Made by a program: the position numbers and the translations under genes
DNA from: Felis catus
Lineage: Eukaryota
NCBI RefSeq assembly: GCF_018350175.1
Contig: NC_058368.1
Location: 15,874,001 to 15,938,000 of the forward strand
Direction of reading: 5' to 3'
DNA length: 64,000 nt
Shown here: one piece after another, positions 48,670 through 61,553 of the stretch
Numbering within the stretch: the first letter of the stretch is position 1
Layout: each line of letters opens with the position of its first letter
The notes under the pieces: model-generated
The model's input: the letters and a program-made list of their open reading frames with translations, nothing else
Told to the model about the DNA's origin: nothing
Databases searched by the model: none

Positions 48670-49160
48670 TTTATTCAGTACATATTTAGGGTCTATTTGA
48701 TTAATACCATGCTAAGCACCAAGGATACAGTGTTGAAAATGTAACACCAGGAAGCTACAGTCTAACATGGAAGAAAGATATTTTAAAAATTAGTGAGTTA
48801 TATGTGTTACAGAGGGGAGGTACAAGATAATATAAACATGTGTAATAGGGTAAAGTAACTTGGCTGTAGAAGCAACAGTTAAAAGGAGACCTGGAGAGTG
48901 AGTAGAAGTTACTGACACAAAGGATGTAAAGTTAGCATTAGAGACCATGGGAGTTTTTTCAGGCAGAGGGAATGGAATGTACTAAGGCCCTAAGACTTAA
49001 AGGAAAAGGATTGACTCAAGACGTTATGAAAAGAGTCGTGAGGCCTGAATTCAGAGTGAAGTGAGTCTGAGACGTTACACAGAGCAGTAAGGACCAGATT
49101 AAGAGTCATAGTCAAGTTAAGAGCTCAAGGTTCATCCTACTGTAATAGGATGAGTTTTAT
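48670..49160 (-). mobile_element. L2 relic
   Basis: attcagtacatatttag...atgctaagcaccaaggatacag...tcaggcagagggaatgg. Confidence 0.65.
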
Positions 49161-50869
49161 GGTTTTCCTACTGCAGTAGGGTATCTGTGAGATGGAGCTA
49201 AAGAAAACAGACACAAGGCACACAGGTACTTAAGAGGGATAAACTGTTGTTCTAATGTCAGCAATTTTATTTCTGAAGATAAAACCATCAATTGATCTTC
49301 TTGTTTTAAGAAGAACTGTTTTATTGTCTTAATCACCATTGTGTAAGATAAGTTGGAACATACTCTTCCAGGGAAAATGTAATGGGAGATATTTTTGCCA
49401 AGAGAATCACCTCATTCTTGCTATAGAGAGAGTCATGGTGCTTCTCTTCAGTGACCTCAGGATTGTGGATTTAAAGACAGGAGGATGAAAAATTGACCCA
49501 CTTTCCTCAGAATTATTGGACTTTCTGGGAAGGAGAGGATTATGAACCCTCTTAGAGCTCCAAGTTATGATATCCTATCTGAAAGATTAGTATAGTCTCA
49601 TCTGAGGCCATTTAATAGGAAAAAATTAAGATCTTCCTCCCTCTTTTTCCTCAAAGGATGTATTGATGATGTATAGTCTGGGTTTGGTCACAATACAGGA
49701 GGCATATCTGCACTGTGAATGTGAAGGGTCTCAATACAGGGAAATGGAGACTTCTGTAGCTGTTGGAAGCCCTGCAGGAGCAAAAGCCAGGAACACTGCC
49801 CTGATGATCTCATCCTACAGCAGTGATTTTGGTGATTCTCAGAGAAGGTCAAATTACTTGGGTCCTCATTTTGGCTAATGTGGCTATCTGCAACTGCCTA
49901 CATAGGGTAACAAAATATTCTATTCTTCTGCCCTCTAGAGCTCATGCAAGTGCCTCTCACAGGCAGATTTTAACCTGTAACCAAACAAGGAAGAGGATTC
50001 TGGAAAGGTAGTTCTTCCCTCTTCTCTGTTTTCCTTTTCAGGAAATAATTAACCCTAGAAATTTATAACTTCCACAGAGAGATTGGGCCATGTTGTAAGT
50101 GATTTAGACAAGTTCAAACCTCTTTCCTTATTTTCCTCTTATTAGGAACCTTCTCACACCCCCAACATAAATGATACATATATTCTGTTTATCAGGCTAT
50201 CTTTATCTTCTCTCTCAACTTCCACTTCCTACTTCATCAGTATAAATTGCGGACAGTCTGGGGTAATCCCAGAACTAAGTTTCGCAGAAGTTGGGACATA
50301 CGGAATGTTACTTGGGAATTGTACCTGCACTTTCTGGGTTCCTATCAGAGATCTGCTGAAAAACATTGGAGGCACATAGGGTTCTGCTGGACCAAACAAT
50401 GCCTTTTTGTCTGTGGGCGCAAGAAAACCATGTGATGTGGGTGCAAAGCTGGTGAGCAAGAGACTTCATGCAATTTAGAATAAAAGTGCCCTTTCGTTTG
50501 GGGGGACATGGCCTTGTGTCAAGGATTATGGCTTGGTAGGTGGTGTACAGGTTGCATTTAGCCTCAGTTCATCCCTTTGCTGGGCCCTTTTATGTAGTGA
50601 ACAACCTGCACAAACCTATATGGCTGCACAGGGAAAATGAAACATGAGTAAATGTAAAAACAGGCAGAAGATGACGAGCAAGGCTTATGTTATGAAACCT
50701 AACAACTCATATTTCCTTGGAAAGAACAAGTGTTTTCCAACCCAATCACTAAAGGTATACTAAATGTTAATCAGGGTTTATAATAAATAAGTATTAGAAA
50801 TATGTATTTTAGTAGAAAATGAGTGTAAAATTGGGAGATTAAATAAAGATAGATGGAGTATAGAAAAAT

Positions 50870-51160
50870 ATTGGGCAAACTTTTTGTTAAAGGGCCAGAT
50901 GATAAATAGTTTAAACTTTGTGGACCATAGGGTGTCTCTTGCAGCCTTTTTTTTTTTAGTTTCTTTTAATTATTATTCTTATTTTTTTGAAGCATAGTCG
51001 ACACACACTGTTACATTAATTCTGTTACAACTACTAAATTCTACTCAAGAGCAACCATAGAAAATAGGTAAATAAATGAACTGGCTGTGTCCCAGTAAAA
51101 CTTTATTTACGAAAATAGGTGTGGTGCAGGGTGGTTGATAGTGTAATTTGCAAATCCTTG
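50870..51160 (+). mobile_element. MER58A-like hAT-Charlie MITE with ~75-bp L1 3' tip inserted (50946-51020)
   Basis: ggcaaacttttt gttaaagggccagat...ggctgtgtcccagtaaaactttattta. Confidence 0.8.
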
Positions 51161-51279
51161 GTAGAGCATATTAAGATAAAAAAAGCGTCCACTGAGGCAT
51201 TTGATTGGTGTGCATCTGATGTTTATACAGAAAGTGTTCTAAATACAAGTGATAAGTATTCATAAATCATCAGATATAT

Positions 51280-52556
51280 TATTTTTTTTAGTTTTTATTT
51301 TTTTTTAATTTTTTAATTTTTTTAATATGAAATTTATTGTCAAATTGGTTTCCTACAACACCCAGTGCTCATCCCAACAGGTGCTCTCCTCAATGCCCAT
51401 CACCCACTTTACCCGCCCCCCCCGCCATTAACCCTCAGTTTATTCTCAGTTTTTAAGAGTCTCTTATGGTTTGCCTCCCTCCCTCTCTAACTTTTTTTTC
51501 CCCCCTTCGCCTCTCCCATGGTCTTCTGTTAAGTTTCTCAGGATCCACATAAGAGTGAAAACATAGGTATCTGTCTTTCTCTGTATGACTTATTTCACTT
51601 AGCATCACACTCTCCAGTTCCATCCACATTGCTACAAAAGGCCATATTTCATTCTTTCTCATTGCCAAGTAGTATTCCATTGTGTATATAAACCACAACT
51701 TCTTTACCCATTCATCAGATGATGGACATTTAGGTTCTTTCCATAATTTGGCTGTTGTTGAAAGTGCTGCTGTAAACATTGGGGTGCAAGTGCCCCTATG
51801 CATCAGCCCTCCTGTATCCCTTGGGTGAATTCCTAGCAGTGCTATTGCTGGGTCATAGGGTAGGTCTATTTTGAATGTTTTGAGGAACCTCCACACTGCT
51901 TTCCAGAGCAGCTGCACCAATTTGCATTCCCACCAGCAGTGCAAGAGGGTTCCTGTTTCTCCATATCCTCTCCAGCATCGATAGTCTGATTTGTTCATTT
52001 TGGCCACTCTGACTGGCGTGAGGTGATATCTCAGTGTGGTTTTGAGTTGTATTTTCCTGATGAGGAGTGACGTTGAGCATCTTTTCATGTGCCTGTTGGC
52101 CATGTGGATGTCTTCTTTAGAGAAGTGTCTATTCATGTCTTCTGCCCATTTCTTCACTGGATTATGTGTTTTTCGGTGTGGAGTTTGGTGAATTCTTAAT
52201 AGATTTTGGATACTAGCCCTTTGTCCAATATGTCACTTGCAAATATCTTTTCCCATTCTGTTGGTTGCCTTTTAGTTTTGTTGATTTTTTCCTTTGTGGG
52301 AAATTCTTTTTCTACATCGATTGACAGGATCCTATGGTTCTTATCTTTTCTTTTATTAATGTGATATATCACATTGACTGATTTGTGAATATTGAACCAG
52401 CCCTGCAGCCCAGAAATGAATCCCACTTGATCATGGTGAATAATTCTTTTTATATGCTGTTGAATTCAATTTGCTGGTATCTTGTTGAGAATTTTTGCAT
52501 CCATATTCATCAGGGATATAGGCCTGTAGTTCTCTTTTTTTTTTTGCTGGGTCTCT
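51280..52556 (-). mobile_element. Young felid L1, 5'-truncated, internally deleted
   Basis: Open ORF2 C-terminus 51453-52157 ([12 protein letters not shown]...DPAIALLGI); TSD agatatat. Confidence 0.96.
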
Positions 52557-53187
52557 TAGATATATCCAATGTGGATGAAAAACAGCCTTTTGATAACCAA
52601 TTTTAAATTATAGCTCTACAAACACCAGTAATGTAAGTTTTGTCTGGCATTTACTTCTTTGTTAAATTCCATATAACGTATACACTTGAAAAGATTGAAA
52701 GCTCTGGTAGTAGCCTACATATTTCATATAAAATGTTATACTTTAATCTTTACACCTTAATGTTATGCTTTTTAATCTTCCCTTGCATTGTTCAACGTAA
52801 TATATAATAGATATGTTATGTAATTCTCTGGGTCAAGGTCAATTTTTTTCCTTTTCCTTTGTAGCAACTGAGCTGGTATGAGGACTGATCTTTGCTTAGG
52901 CTGGCTTCATTAGTGGAATTCAGATGGTTTTCTCAGATAAGTAAATTTTGGGGGGAAAACTCTTTGTAAACAAAATACTTCTAAATATATGAGAAAGAGC
53001 AACAATTAGGCTGTTAAAAGAGACTTTATCTTTTTCTATGGAAAAAAAATTTCAGGGTGCTAGCATTTTACTTATCTCCTTAGTATCTGAATATATTATT
53101 TCATGGCATAAATACAAAGATAATTTTGCTTTTTAAGGGAATGTTGCTGAGTTATCAAACTTTTAACTCTTGAAAAGGATTAATCTT

Positions 53188-53407
53188 GGGGCGCCTGGGT
53201 GGCACAGTCGGTTAAGCGTCCGACTTCAGCCAGGTCACGATCTCGCGGTCCGTGAGTTCGAGCCCCGCGTCGGGCTCTGGGCTGATGGCTCGGAGCCTGG
53301 AGCCTGTTTCCGATTCTGTGTCTCCCTCTCTCTCTGCCCCTCCCCCGTTCATGCTCTGTCTCTCTCTGTCCCAAAAATAAATTAAAAAAACGTTGAAAAA
53401 AAAAAAA
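53188..53407 (+). mobile_element. Very young CanSINE
   Basis: CpGs intact; perfect 16-bp TSD gaaaaggattaatctt. Confidence 0.97.
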
Positions 53408-55289
53408 GAAAAGGATTAATCTTGAAAAGATCCATATTCTTTTGTAGTGTCTGCTCTCAAGGTGAGTATAGACTGTTCCAACTAAGTTTTTATAAAAACT
53501 ATGTGGAATAAGTGAGAGCTGATGGTTAATTGGGCAACTGAACATCTGGGCCTTAGTGTTTCGTGCAGGGACCAGATTCCTTTGGCCACACCAGCCCTCC
53601 AGCATTGTTTATTGTAGACTTTAGCCTCCCTTTTCACCAAACGCAGGCAAATTTATGAAGGAGTTCACACAGCTGTTCTGGGTTCTTCAGGCAGCTAAGG
53701 CCAGCTGGAATATACTTCATTCACTGTAATACACTTCAGTTTGTATGGTTTTTATATTCCAGTGAAAACTAACAGTTAAGAGGTCTCAGGGTTTAGACTT
53801 TGATTGTCATTTATCACTGCTAGAAAAAAACTAAACAAGTTCTAGTGGGGTCAGACCTCAGTGAAAATAAACCTCTCTCTTCCATAGCACATTAATGAAA
53901 ACTCAGAGTTACATTGTTTTTTGTTTTGTTTTGTTTTTGTTTTTAATGCCACTGACTATGCTTTGCTAATTAGTAACATGACTTTATTGAAAAATGCATC
54001 AAGTACTTTGATACTTGTTTTGACTTTCTTTTAATATCACTCTAATTTCCCATGGCGTCTTTTAGTTCTAAACTTTTTGCTGACAAATATACAAACTGTG
54101 GACAGGATTAGTCTTGTTTATTTATGAAACAAAGTTTTGTTAATATGTATTCAGAGTTGTTTCTGGGCAGTTAAATGTAGGAAGTAATTAGTACCTTCTT
54201 TCTAAGGCCATTTTGAGATTTTATTAAAAAAATGTAGGTGATAGAAAATTGGTTTGGGAATGCAGTGGGTGAACTGATTTTGAAGCCTACTCTGTGTGGA
54301 GCTAGGTGGATTTTCTGGACTGGTTTTGAGGGTGGGAATGGTATATTTCTGTGGGGTGGAGTCTAACAATTGCTGCCATATACTTTTCCTGTCTGTGTGC
54401 TCTCTGGAACAAGTGACCTAAGGAGAGCCTGCCATTGAGAGGGCCAGCAGGGATGCAGCTAATGAATATTTAGCAACTTGGCTCTGCTTATCTCCTCTCT
54501 TTGGCTTATTTTGATGTGATGAGAGAAAAGGGTGAATGCAGTATGTCAGTGAGAGAGCTACAATTTCATTCCTTACTTGAAGGACGATATTCCCAGCAGC
54601 CGAGAGTTTTGTCAGCAACACCTTAGCATGAGTTCAGGCCTGTGCTATTAAGCTGTCCCTCGTTGAAGAATCACCCCTGTGGCTGTTGGATCTAGAGCTC
54701 TGCTTCCAGTGAATCCCTGATTTACATAAAATCTTTAGAGTTACAGACTGTCAGAATAAGATGCTACAGTTGCCACACAGAATGAGAGGCTATACATAGA
54801 GGTTTGAGTTATTTACTTTGTAGTAGAAATATTCAGTGTGTATCATGGATTCATGTTTGTTAAGATTTGGGAAAACTTTTGTTAAGATTTCTTCAGCATA
54901 TTGCTGCTACCCATTGTGCTTTTTTTTTTTTCTTTTGGTTCACCAAAGGTGAATTTCTTTAGGCCTTGTGACTAGCTTCTCTAGATCCAGAGATTATCTA
55001 ATGAATTCTTTAGAAAACTATGGAACGAAATTAATTCAAGATTTACTGAGTGACTAATGTAATCATATCTCTCGGGAAATAAGCTGGCTCCTAATATACT
55101 GGTTAGTTGCAAAAAATCCTGGCAATGAACTGAAACAGATAACCATTTATTATTAAGGAAAAAAAACCCATCAGGGGCCTTGATGTCCATATAAGACATA
55201 GACAGCCTCAGTTTTAAATTTTCTTCCAAAAACATACATTTCTTACTTGGCCATCAAAACTTATCTGTTGATAAAATTCACAATGTGAT

Positions 55290-55787
55290 TTTTTTAATTT
55301 TATTTTTTAAAATTTTTTAATGTTTATTTATTTACTTTTGAGAGAGAGAGAGAGCACAACTGGGGTAGGGACAGAGATAGAGAGGAAGACACAGAATCCA
55401 AAGAAGGCTCCAGGCTCTGAGCTGTCAGCACAGAGCCCAATGTGGGGCTTGAACTCACGAACTGTGAGATCATGACCTGAGCTGAAGTCAGATGCTCAAC
55501 TGACTATGCCAACCAGGTACCTCCAAGATGTGATTTTTTTTTTAAGTTTTTTAACGTTTATTTATTTTTGAGACAGAGAGAGACAGAGCATGAATGGGGG
55601 AGGGTCAGAGAGAGGGAGACACAGAATCGGAAACAGGCTCCAGGCTCCGAGCCATCAGCCCAGAGCCTGATGCGGGGCTCGAACTCACGGACCGCGAGAT
55701 CATGCCCTGAGCCAAAGTCGGCCGCTTAACCGACTGCGCCACCCAGGCACCCCCCAAGATGTGATTTTTAAAAAATGTTTATTTATT

Positions 55788-55827
<40 letters not shown>

Positions 55828-55980
55828 CAAGTGGGGGAGGGGCAGAGAGAGAGGGGGACGGAGGATCTGAAGCAGCAGGCTCTGTGCTAACAGCAGATAT
55901 GGGTCTGGAACTCCCAAATCGGGAGATCATGACCTGAGCCAAAGTTAGGTGCTTAACTGACTGAGACAACCCCGCGCTCC
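55290..55980 (-). mobile_element. Three tandem CanSINEs (55290-55523, 55533-55754, 55764-55980)
   Basis: Three reverse SINE bodies separated by copies of atgtgattttt. Confidence 0.95.
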
Positions 55981-56399
55981 TCACCATGTGTATTTAGGAA
56001 AATCTGATTTATCAAAGTTAAGATGTAGACTGGACCTTTATTATATAAAAGCCTTTAATGGGTTATTTTTGGAGGAGTAATTGTGTAAAGGAATGTTTGC
56101 ATAGAGCACAAGTTAGTAAAACATATGTAACCATGAAGAATATTATTAGAAGAAAATAAAAAGTAACATCACCAGATTCATCTATTTCAAACTTTGGTGC
56201 ATCAGATTCAATCTGTGCTTCAGAAGGTATTTTAAACTGTCATAGGATATTTTTTTCCATCAGGCATTTTCATATTTAGATAATGCTTAGATAGTGCTTC
56301 AAATGTTTTAAAGGAACAGAGAAATACTATGGCAAAAAAGAAAACCATATTCACTCTGTTTCTAAATGCCAAATGATCATAATTCATAGTCCCCAACAG

Positions 56400-58590
56400 A
56401 ATTTTGTTTTGTTTTGTTTTTGTTTTTAATTGATGGATAGTTCTGACAAACAGTGTCACATTAGCTTCAGGTGTACAAAGTAGTGACAGGACAAGTTTAT
56501 ACATTATGCTGTGCTCACCACAAGTATAGCTGCCATCTGTCATCATACAATGTTATTACAACACCATTGACTATATTCCCTATGCTGTACCTTTTTTCCC
56601 CTTAACATATTCATTCCATTGCTGGAAGCTTGTCTCTCCCATTCCCCTTCACCCATGTTGCTTATCACTCCCATCCCCTTCCCTCTGGCAATTGTCTGTT
56701 TCTGTTTTTTGTGTATTTGTTTATTCATTTGTTTTGTTTTTAGATTCCACATATAAATGAAATTATATGACATTTGTCTTTTTCTGTATGACTTATTTCA
56801 CTTAGCCTAATACCCTCTAGTTCCATCTGTGTTGTTGCAAATGTCAAGATCACGTCCTTTTTCATGGCTGAGTAATATCCTTGTGTCTGTGTACATCTAT
56901 ATCTATCTATCATCTATCTGTCTATCTATCTATCTATCTATCTATCTACCTATCTACCTATCTATATCACTTCTTTATCCATTCATCTACCAATGGACAC
57001 TTGGGTTGCTTCCAGATCTTGGGTATTTTAAATAATGCTGAAGTACACATAGGTGTGAATATATCTTTTTAAATTAGTGTTTTCATTTTCTTTGGGTAAA
57101 TATCCAGTATTGATATTACTGGCTTATATGGTATTTCTATTTTTAATTTTTTTGAGGAAGCTCCATACTATTTTCCACCATGGCTGTTCCAGTTTGCACT
57201 CCCACCAACAGTGCATGAGGATTCCCTTTTCTCCATATCCTTGCCAATACTTGTTATTTCTTGTCTTTTTGATTTTAGACATTATGACTGGTGTGAGGTG
57301 ATATCTAATTGTGATCTTGATTTGCATTTCCCTGGTGATTAGTGATATTGAGGGTCTTTCATGTGTCTGTTAGCCATCTGTATGTCTTATTTGGTAAAGA
57401 GATCTCTGCTCTTTTTTTAAAAAAATCAGATTATTTGTTTTTTTTATTTACTGAGTTATATGAGTTCTTTATATATTTTGGGTACAAATCACTTAGTGGA
57501 TATATCATTTGTGAATGTTTTCTTTCATTTAGTAGGTTGATTTTTCATTTTTTTGATAGTTTCCTTTACTGTGTAAAAGTATAGACACAAAAGTTTATAT
57601 GTACTTCTTCAAATTTTTTCAGTAATATGTTTTAGTTTTTAGTGCATAGATCTTTCACCTCCTTGGTTAAATTTATTCCTAGATATTTTATTATTTTTTG
57701 ATGGAATTGTAACTGGTATTGTTTTCTTAATTTGGCCTTCTTATAGTTAGTTGTTAGTTTATAGAAACACAACTGATTTTTGTGTGTTGATTTTGTATCC
57801 TGAAGTTTTACTGAATTCAATTGTTCTAATTATTCTTTGGTGGAATTTTTAGAGTTTTCATTATATAATATCATGTCATATGCAAATAGTGACAGTTTTA
57901 CCAATTCCTTTCTGATTTGAATGCCTTACTTTTTTTTTTTTTTTCTTTTCTTGCTTAATTGCTCTGGTTAGGACTTCCATCCACTTTTGTTCTTGATTTT
58001 AGTAATTTGGGTCATCTCAAATGCTCCATTTTTTCTTGATCTTTTGTTTAGAACACATTTTCTGTTTCTTCATTTTCCTTGGCTATGTGTGTTGGTGTCT
58101 ATGCATTAGATAAAATAGCCACCTCTCCCTTTCTTGAAGGAGTGACCTCATGTAGGAGATGAGTCTTGTCATTCAACTTTGCCCTACCTTGTAGTTGCCT
58201 CTTAAGTCTTTGTGAGTGTCTAGTTGCCTACTTTGTTCTTAGTTGCTCCCAGTGATTGAGGGTGTGCCAAGACCTGTCAGTGTTCCAAAGGAAAAGATTT
58301 CAATCAGCACCTAGATGCAGGCTGATTGGAAACTAGACTCTCAGGCAGTAGCTTTTAAAGTGCAAATACACCTGTTTCAGGGAGGACTGGAAGATGGGTA
58401 TTTCTTTCTGCTCCCTCTGCACTGAGCTCTGACATGATAGCCAGTTAAGAACTGTTTCTTTGTTTGCTACCGTCCCTTTGAACCCATGAACACAATCTCT
58501 GCTGGCCACCTGAACCAAGGTATCAAGGGATGTTTCCTCTGGGTGGCAGCCACAAACGCTGGGGCATCAGACATGTGCACTAGTGCATTT
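56400..58590 (-). mobile_element. Internally deleted L1 (3'UTR, ORF2 pieces, ORF1 start/5'UTR), with (TCTA)n
   Basis: [27 protein letters not shown]; 58030-58590 is reverse-homologous to 5'UTR of the L1 at 11.8-12.7 kb. Confidence 0.85.
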
Positions 58591-58963
58591 AATGCAAATG
58601 CATGCAAAGAAAGAATATAAAATTTCTTCTTCATCCCCCTCCCCATTCCCATTGTCCTACCATTACCACTATTTACATTTTAGTATGTATCTTTGTAGTC
58701 CTTAACATACATAGACATTTAAAAAAATAAATGTACTTTGACTTCCAATTCCACTATCTTTTCATTTCACTAATATAAGTCTCTTTCTTTTTTTTCAAAA
58801 AGAGTAATTACCATCTTTTAAAAATAAACATTGGTTTAATACCCAGAGTAAATATAGTTCTTGGTATACAGAAATTGATTTAGAATTTCAGATGTCTCAA
58901 CTTGCTAGACTACTCATCAAAAACTCTCACTGTACTTCATTTTATGGGGAAGTTATAAAATAT

Positions 58964-59456
58964 TGTATTGAATTTCATGGTGGCCTCCAAAAGAGAATGT
59001 CCACGTCCTAAGTCCTGGAATCTGTGAATGTTACTATTATTAATGAATGAATGAATTTATTTATTTATTTATTTTGGAAAAAGGTCTTTATATGTGTAAA
59101 TAATTTAAGGATCTTGAGATGAGGAGATCATCCTGGAGTAACCGAGTGGGCTCCAAATTCAATGACAAGAGTTTTTATAAGGTAGACACCCAGAGGAGAA
59201 GGCACACACAGGACAAGGCAATGCAAAAACAGAGGTAGAGAATGGAGTAATGTGGCCACAAGCCAAGGAACCCAAGAGATGTTGGCACTACCAGAGGTGG
59301 GAGGAAAGATTCTCTATTAGAGCCTCTAGAGGGAGTATACCTTGGCTGACATTTTGATTTTGGACATCTGGCTTCCAACTGTAAGAGAATAAATTGGTTG
59401 TTGTAAATCACCTTGCTCATGGTAATTTGTAATGGCAGCTGTAGGAAACTAATACA
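58964..59456 (+). mobile_element. MaLR LTR (MLT1C-like)
   Basis: ttaaggatcttgagatgaggagatcatcctgga...gccacaagccaaggaa...ggaaactaataca. Confidence 0.9.
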
Positions 59457-60073
59457 ACAAACAAAATGCTGTACTCCCATTATCTAGAAATAGAAGAAAA
59501 TGAAACAATTGATCCATAAATTTCACTCTTAAATAAGCAACACTAACAACTTATATACCCCAAATTATAATTCTGGTAAGCTTCTGTTTGGTGTTATATA
59601 ATTACTTGACTTTAACACTGAGAATAAAAGATTTATTTCTGTATTAACAAGAAAGACTTGTTAAAGAGCAACAACAAAATATCAAATTAACATTATCTAA
59701 GGCTTAAGGATGACATTTGGAATTGGATTCCAATTCAACTTATAAAATAAAAGCAGTTTATTGATAAGGTTTATATTTTTATATGTATATTTTTACAAGG
59801 TATTTATGAAATAATACCTTTAGGATTATAAATCTATCAAGTTTCTATTTAAACTATTATATAGCCACTTAACTAAGAGCAGTAAAATAAAAAACAAAAA
59901 AATTCAAAATTATTTTAGAAGGACAAAAATTTCTTGCTCTGTATTTGAATTTTTTACTGGACTTGTTAAAAACAACCAATTTACTGTAATTACACTATTT
60001 ACAATACAAAATTAAAGTGGCTTATAAGATTCACATTGCAGTAATCATTATTTTAAGAATTATAGTTCTACCA

Positions 60074-60268
60074 GGGTACCTGTGTGGGTTAGTTGGTTAA
60101 GTGTCCAACTTTTGATTTCAGCTCAGGTCATGATCTCATAGTTTGTGAGATTGAGCCCTGCTCTGTGCTGACAGCATGGAACCTGCTTGGGATTCTCTCT
60201 CTCCTTCTCTTTTTGCCCTTCCCCTGCTCTTGCTCTCTCTCTCTCAAAATAAATAAACATAAAAAAAG
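60074..60268 (+). mobile_element. CanSINE
   Basis: SINEC body; TSD aagaattata. Confidence 0.92.
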
Positions 60269-60966
60269 AATTATAATTTTATCAGATTTCCATTTAAGCT
60301 ATTGTATATTTACTTAACAAATAATGATAAAAGTAAAAGAAAAAAAGTACTTTGTATGAGGCACAAAATAACACCTTTCTGTGATCCTGGATCTTTAGAA
60401 GTAGGCTAATAGGAAGGCTAGATTAACTAATTTCTATTTTCAGGTTATAAGACAGAAGACAAAAGCCAGTGCTTGGTGGAGAGACATCTCTTATTTCCAA
60501 TAGAGGGTATGCTGGGATAGGGAGAGGATCCTTGAGAAGGCCCATACTAGCTTTCCAAGGGAGAGAAAGGGACAGAAGGTCCTCTTCTCAGGAATTATCC
60601 CCTGGTATCTTCTGCAGCATCTTACCTCTGACTGAAGGATGCAATGGAGGATGAAAACCTAGGCCAACTATGTGCCATTCAGGTAGGAGTAGTGAATCAG
60701 GCATACTTAAATGACCAAGAAGATCTGTGGTGTCATTTCTACTGGATCCCATTTCTGAAGATGGGCCTCTACATTATCAAATGAAGGCACAGTAAAATTT
60801 ACAACTTTTGTTTGTTCTGAGAGCAGGGAGCACAAGGAAAAGTGCTGTATTGCACTTGTAGAGAAATTGCTTGATCCAGGATAGAGTTGACCCTGATGGA
60901 AGGATCATTTTCCTGTGGTTCTGCTCCCAGGAGAATGTTGTCACTGGATCACTGAACCATCCCAAC

Positions 60967-61356
60967 TATATTAGCTTGGTATGGCTCCCAAAACAAAGTT
61001 ACCTCTACTGGGTGGCTTAAACAGTATAAATGTATTTTTCTCATAATTATTTAGGCTAGAAGTCCAAGGTCAAAGTATTGTCACGTTCAGAATATTTTGA
61101 GACCTCCCTCCTTGGCTTGCATATTGGCCTTCATATTGTGTTTTCTCATTGGCTTTCCTCTGTGCATGTGTGCCTCTGGTGTCTTTTTGTGTGTCCAAAT
61201 TTCTTCTTCTTATAAGGACAACACCCAAATTGGATTTATGGCTTTATTTTAACTTAATCACCTCCTTAAAGACTCTACTTCCAAATACAGTCATGTTCTG
61301 AGGGACTGGGAGTTAGGATTTCAGCATGTAATTTGAATATAATTCAGGTCATAACA
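60967..61356 (-). mobile_element. MaLR LTR (MLT1A-like)
   Basis: ctgggtggcttaaaca...aggctagaagtccaaggtcaa...ttcttataaggaca...cataaca; flanks ccaac/cccac. Confidence 0.85.
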
Positions 61357-61553
61357 CCCACCTAATAATGCTCCTCCTTCTTTGGTGATCTGGTAATCCA
61401 GGGAGTTCTCTAAATCTGATTCATGGTGAGACTGCTTTTCAATTCTACCCAGCACCAAGATTCAAGATACGCAGTTTTTTTCTGGGGATCAGGGATGGCT
61501 CGTATAGTAGATGCAGTATTGCCTTGTTTAGATTCCGGAGGCCTTTTCGATAC

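Noticed and set aside
51453..52157. Longest ORF (234 aa)
   Set aside because: L1 ORF2 C-terminus reading into the 3'UTR, not a host gene
55278..55995. Regularly spaced direct repeats resembling a CRISPR array
   Set aside because: Target-site duplications around SINEs in a mammalian genome
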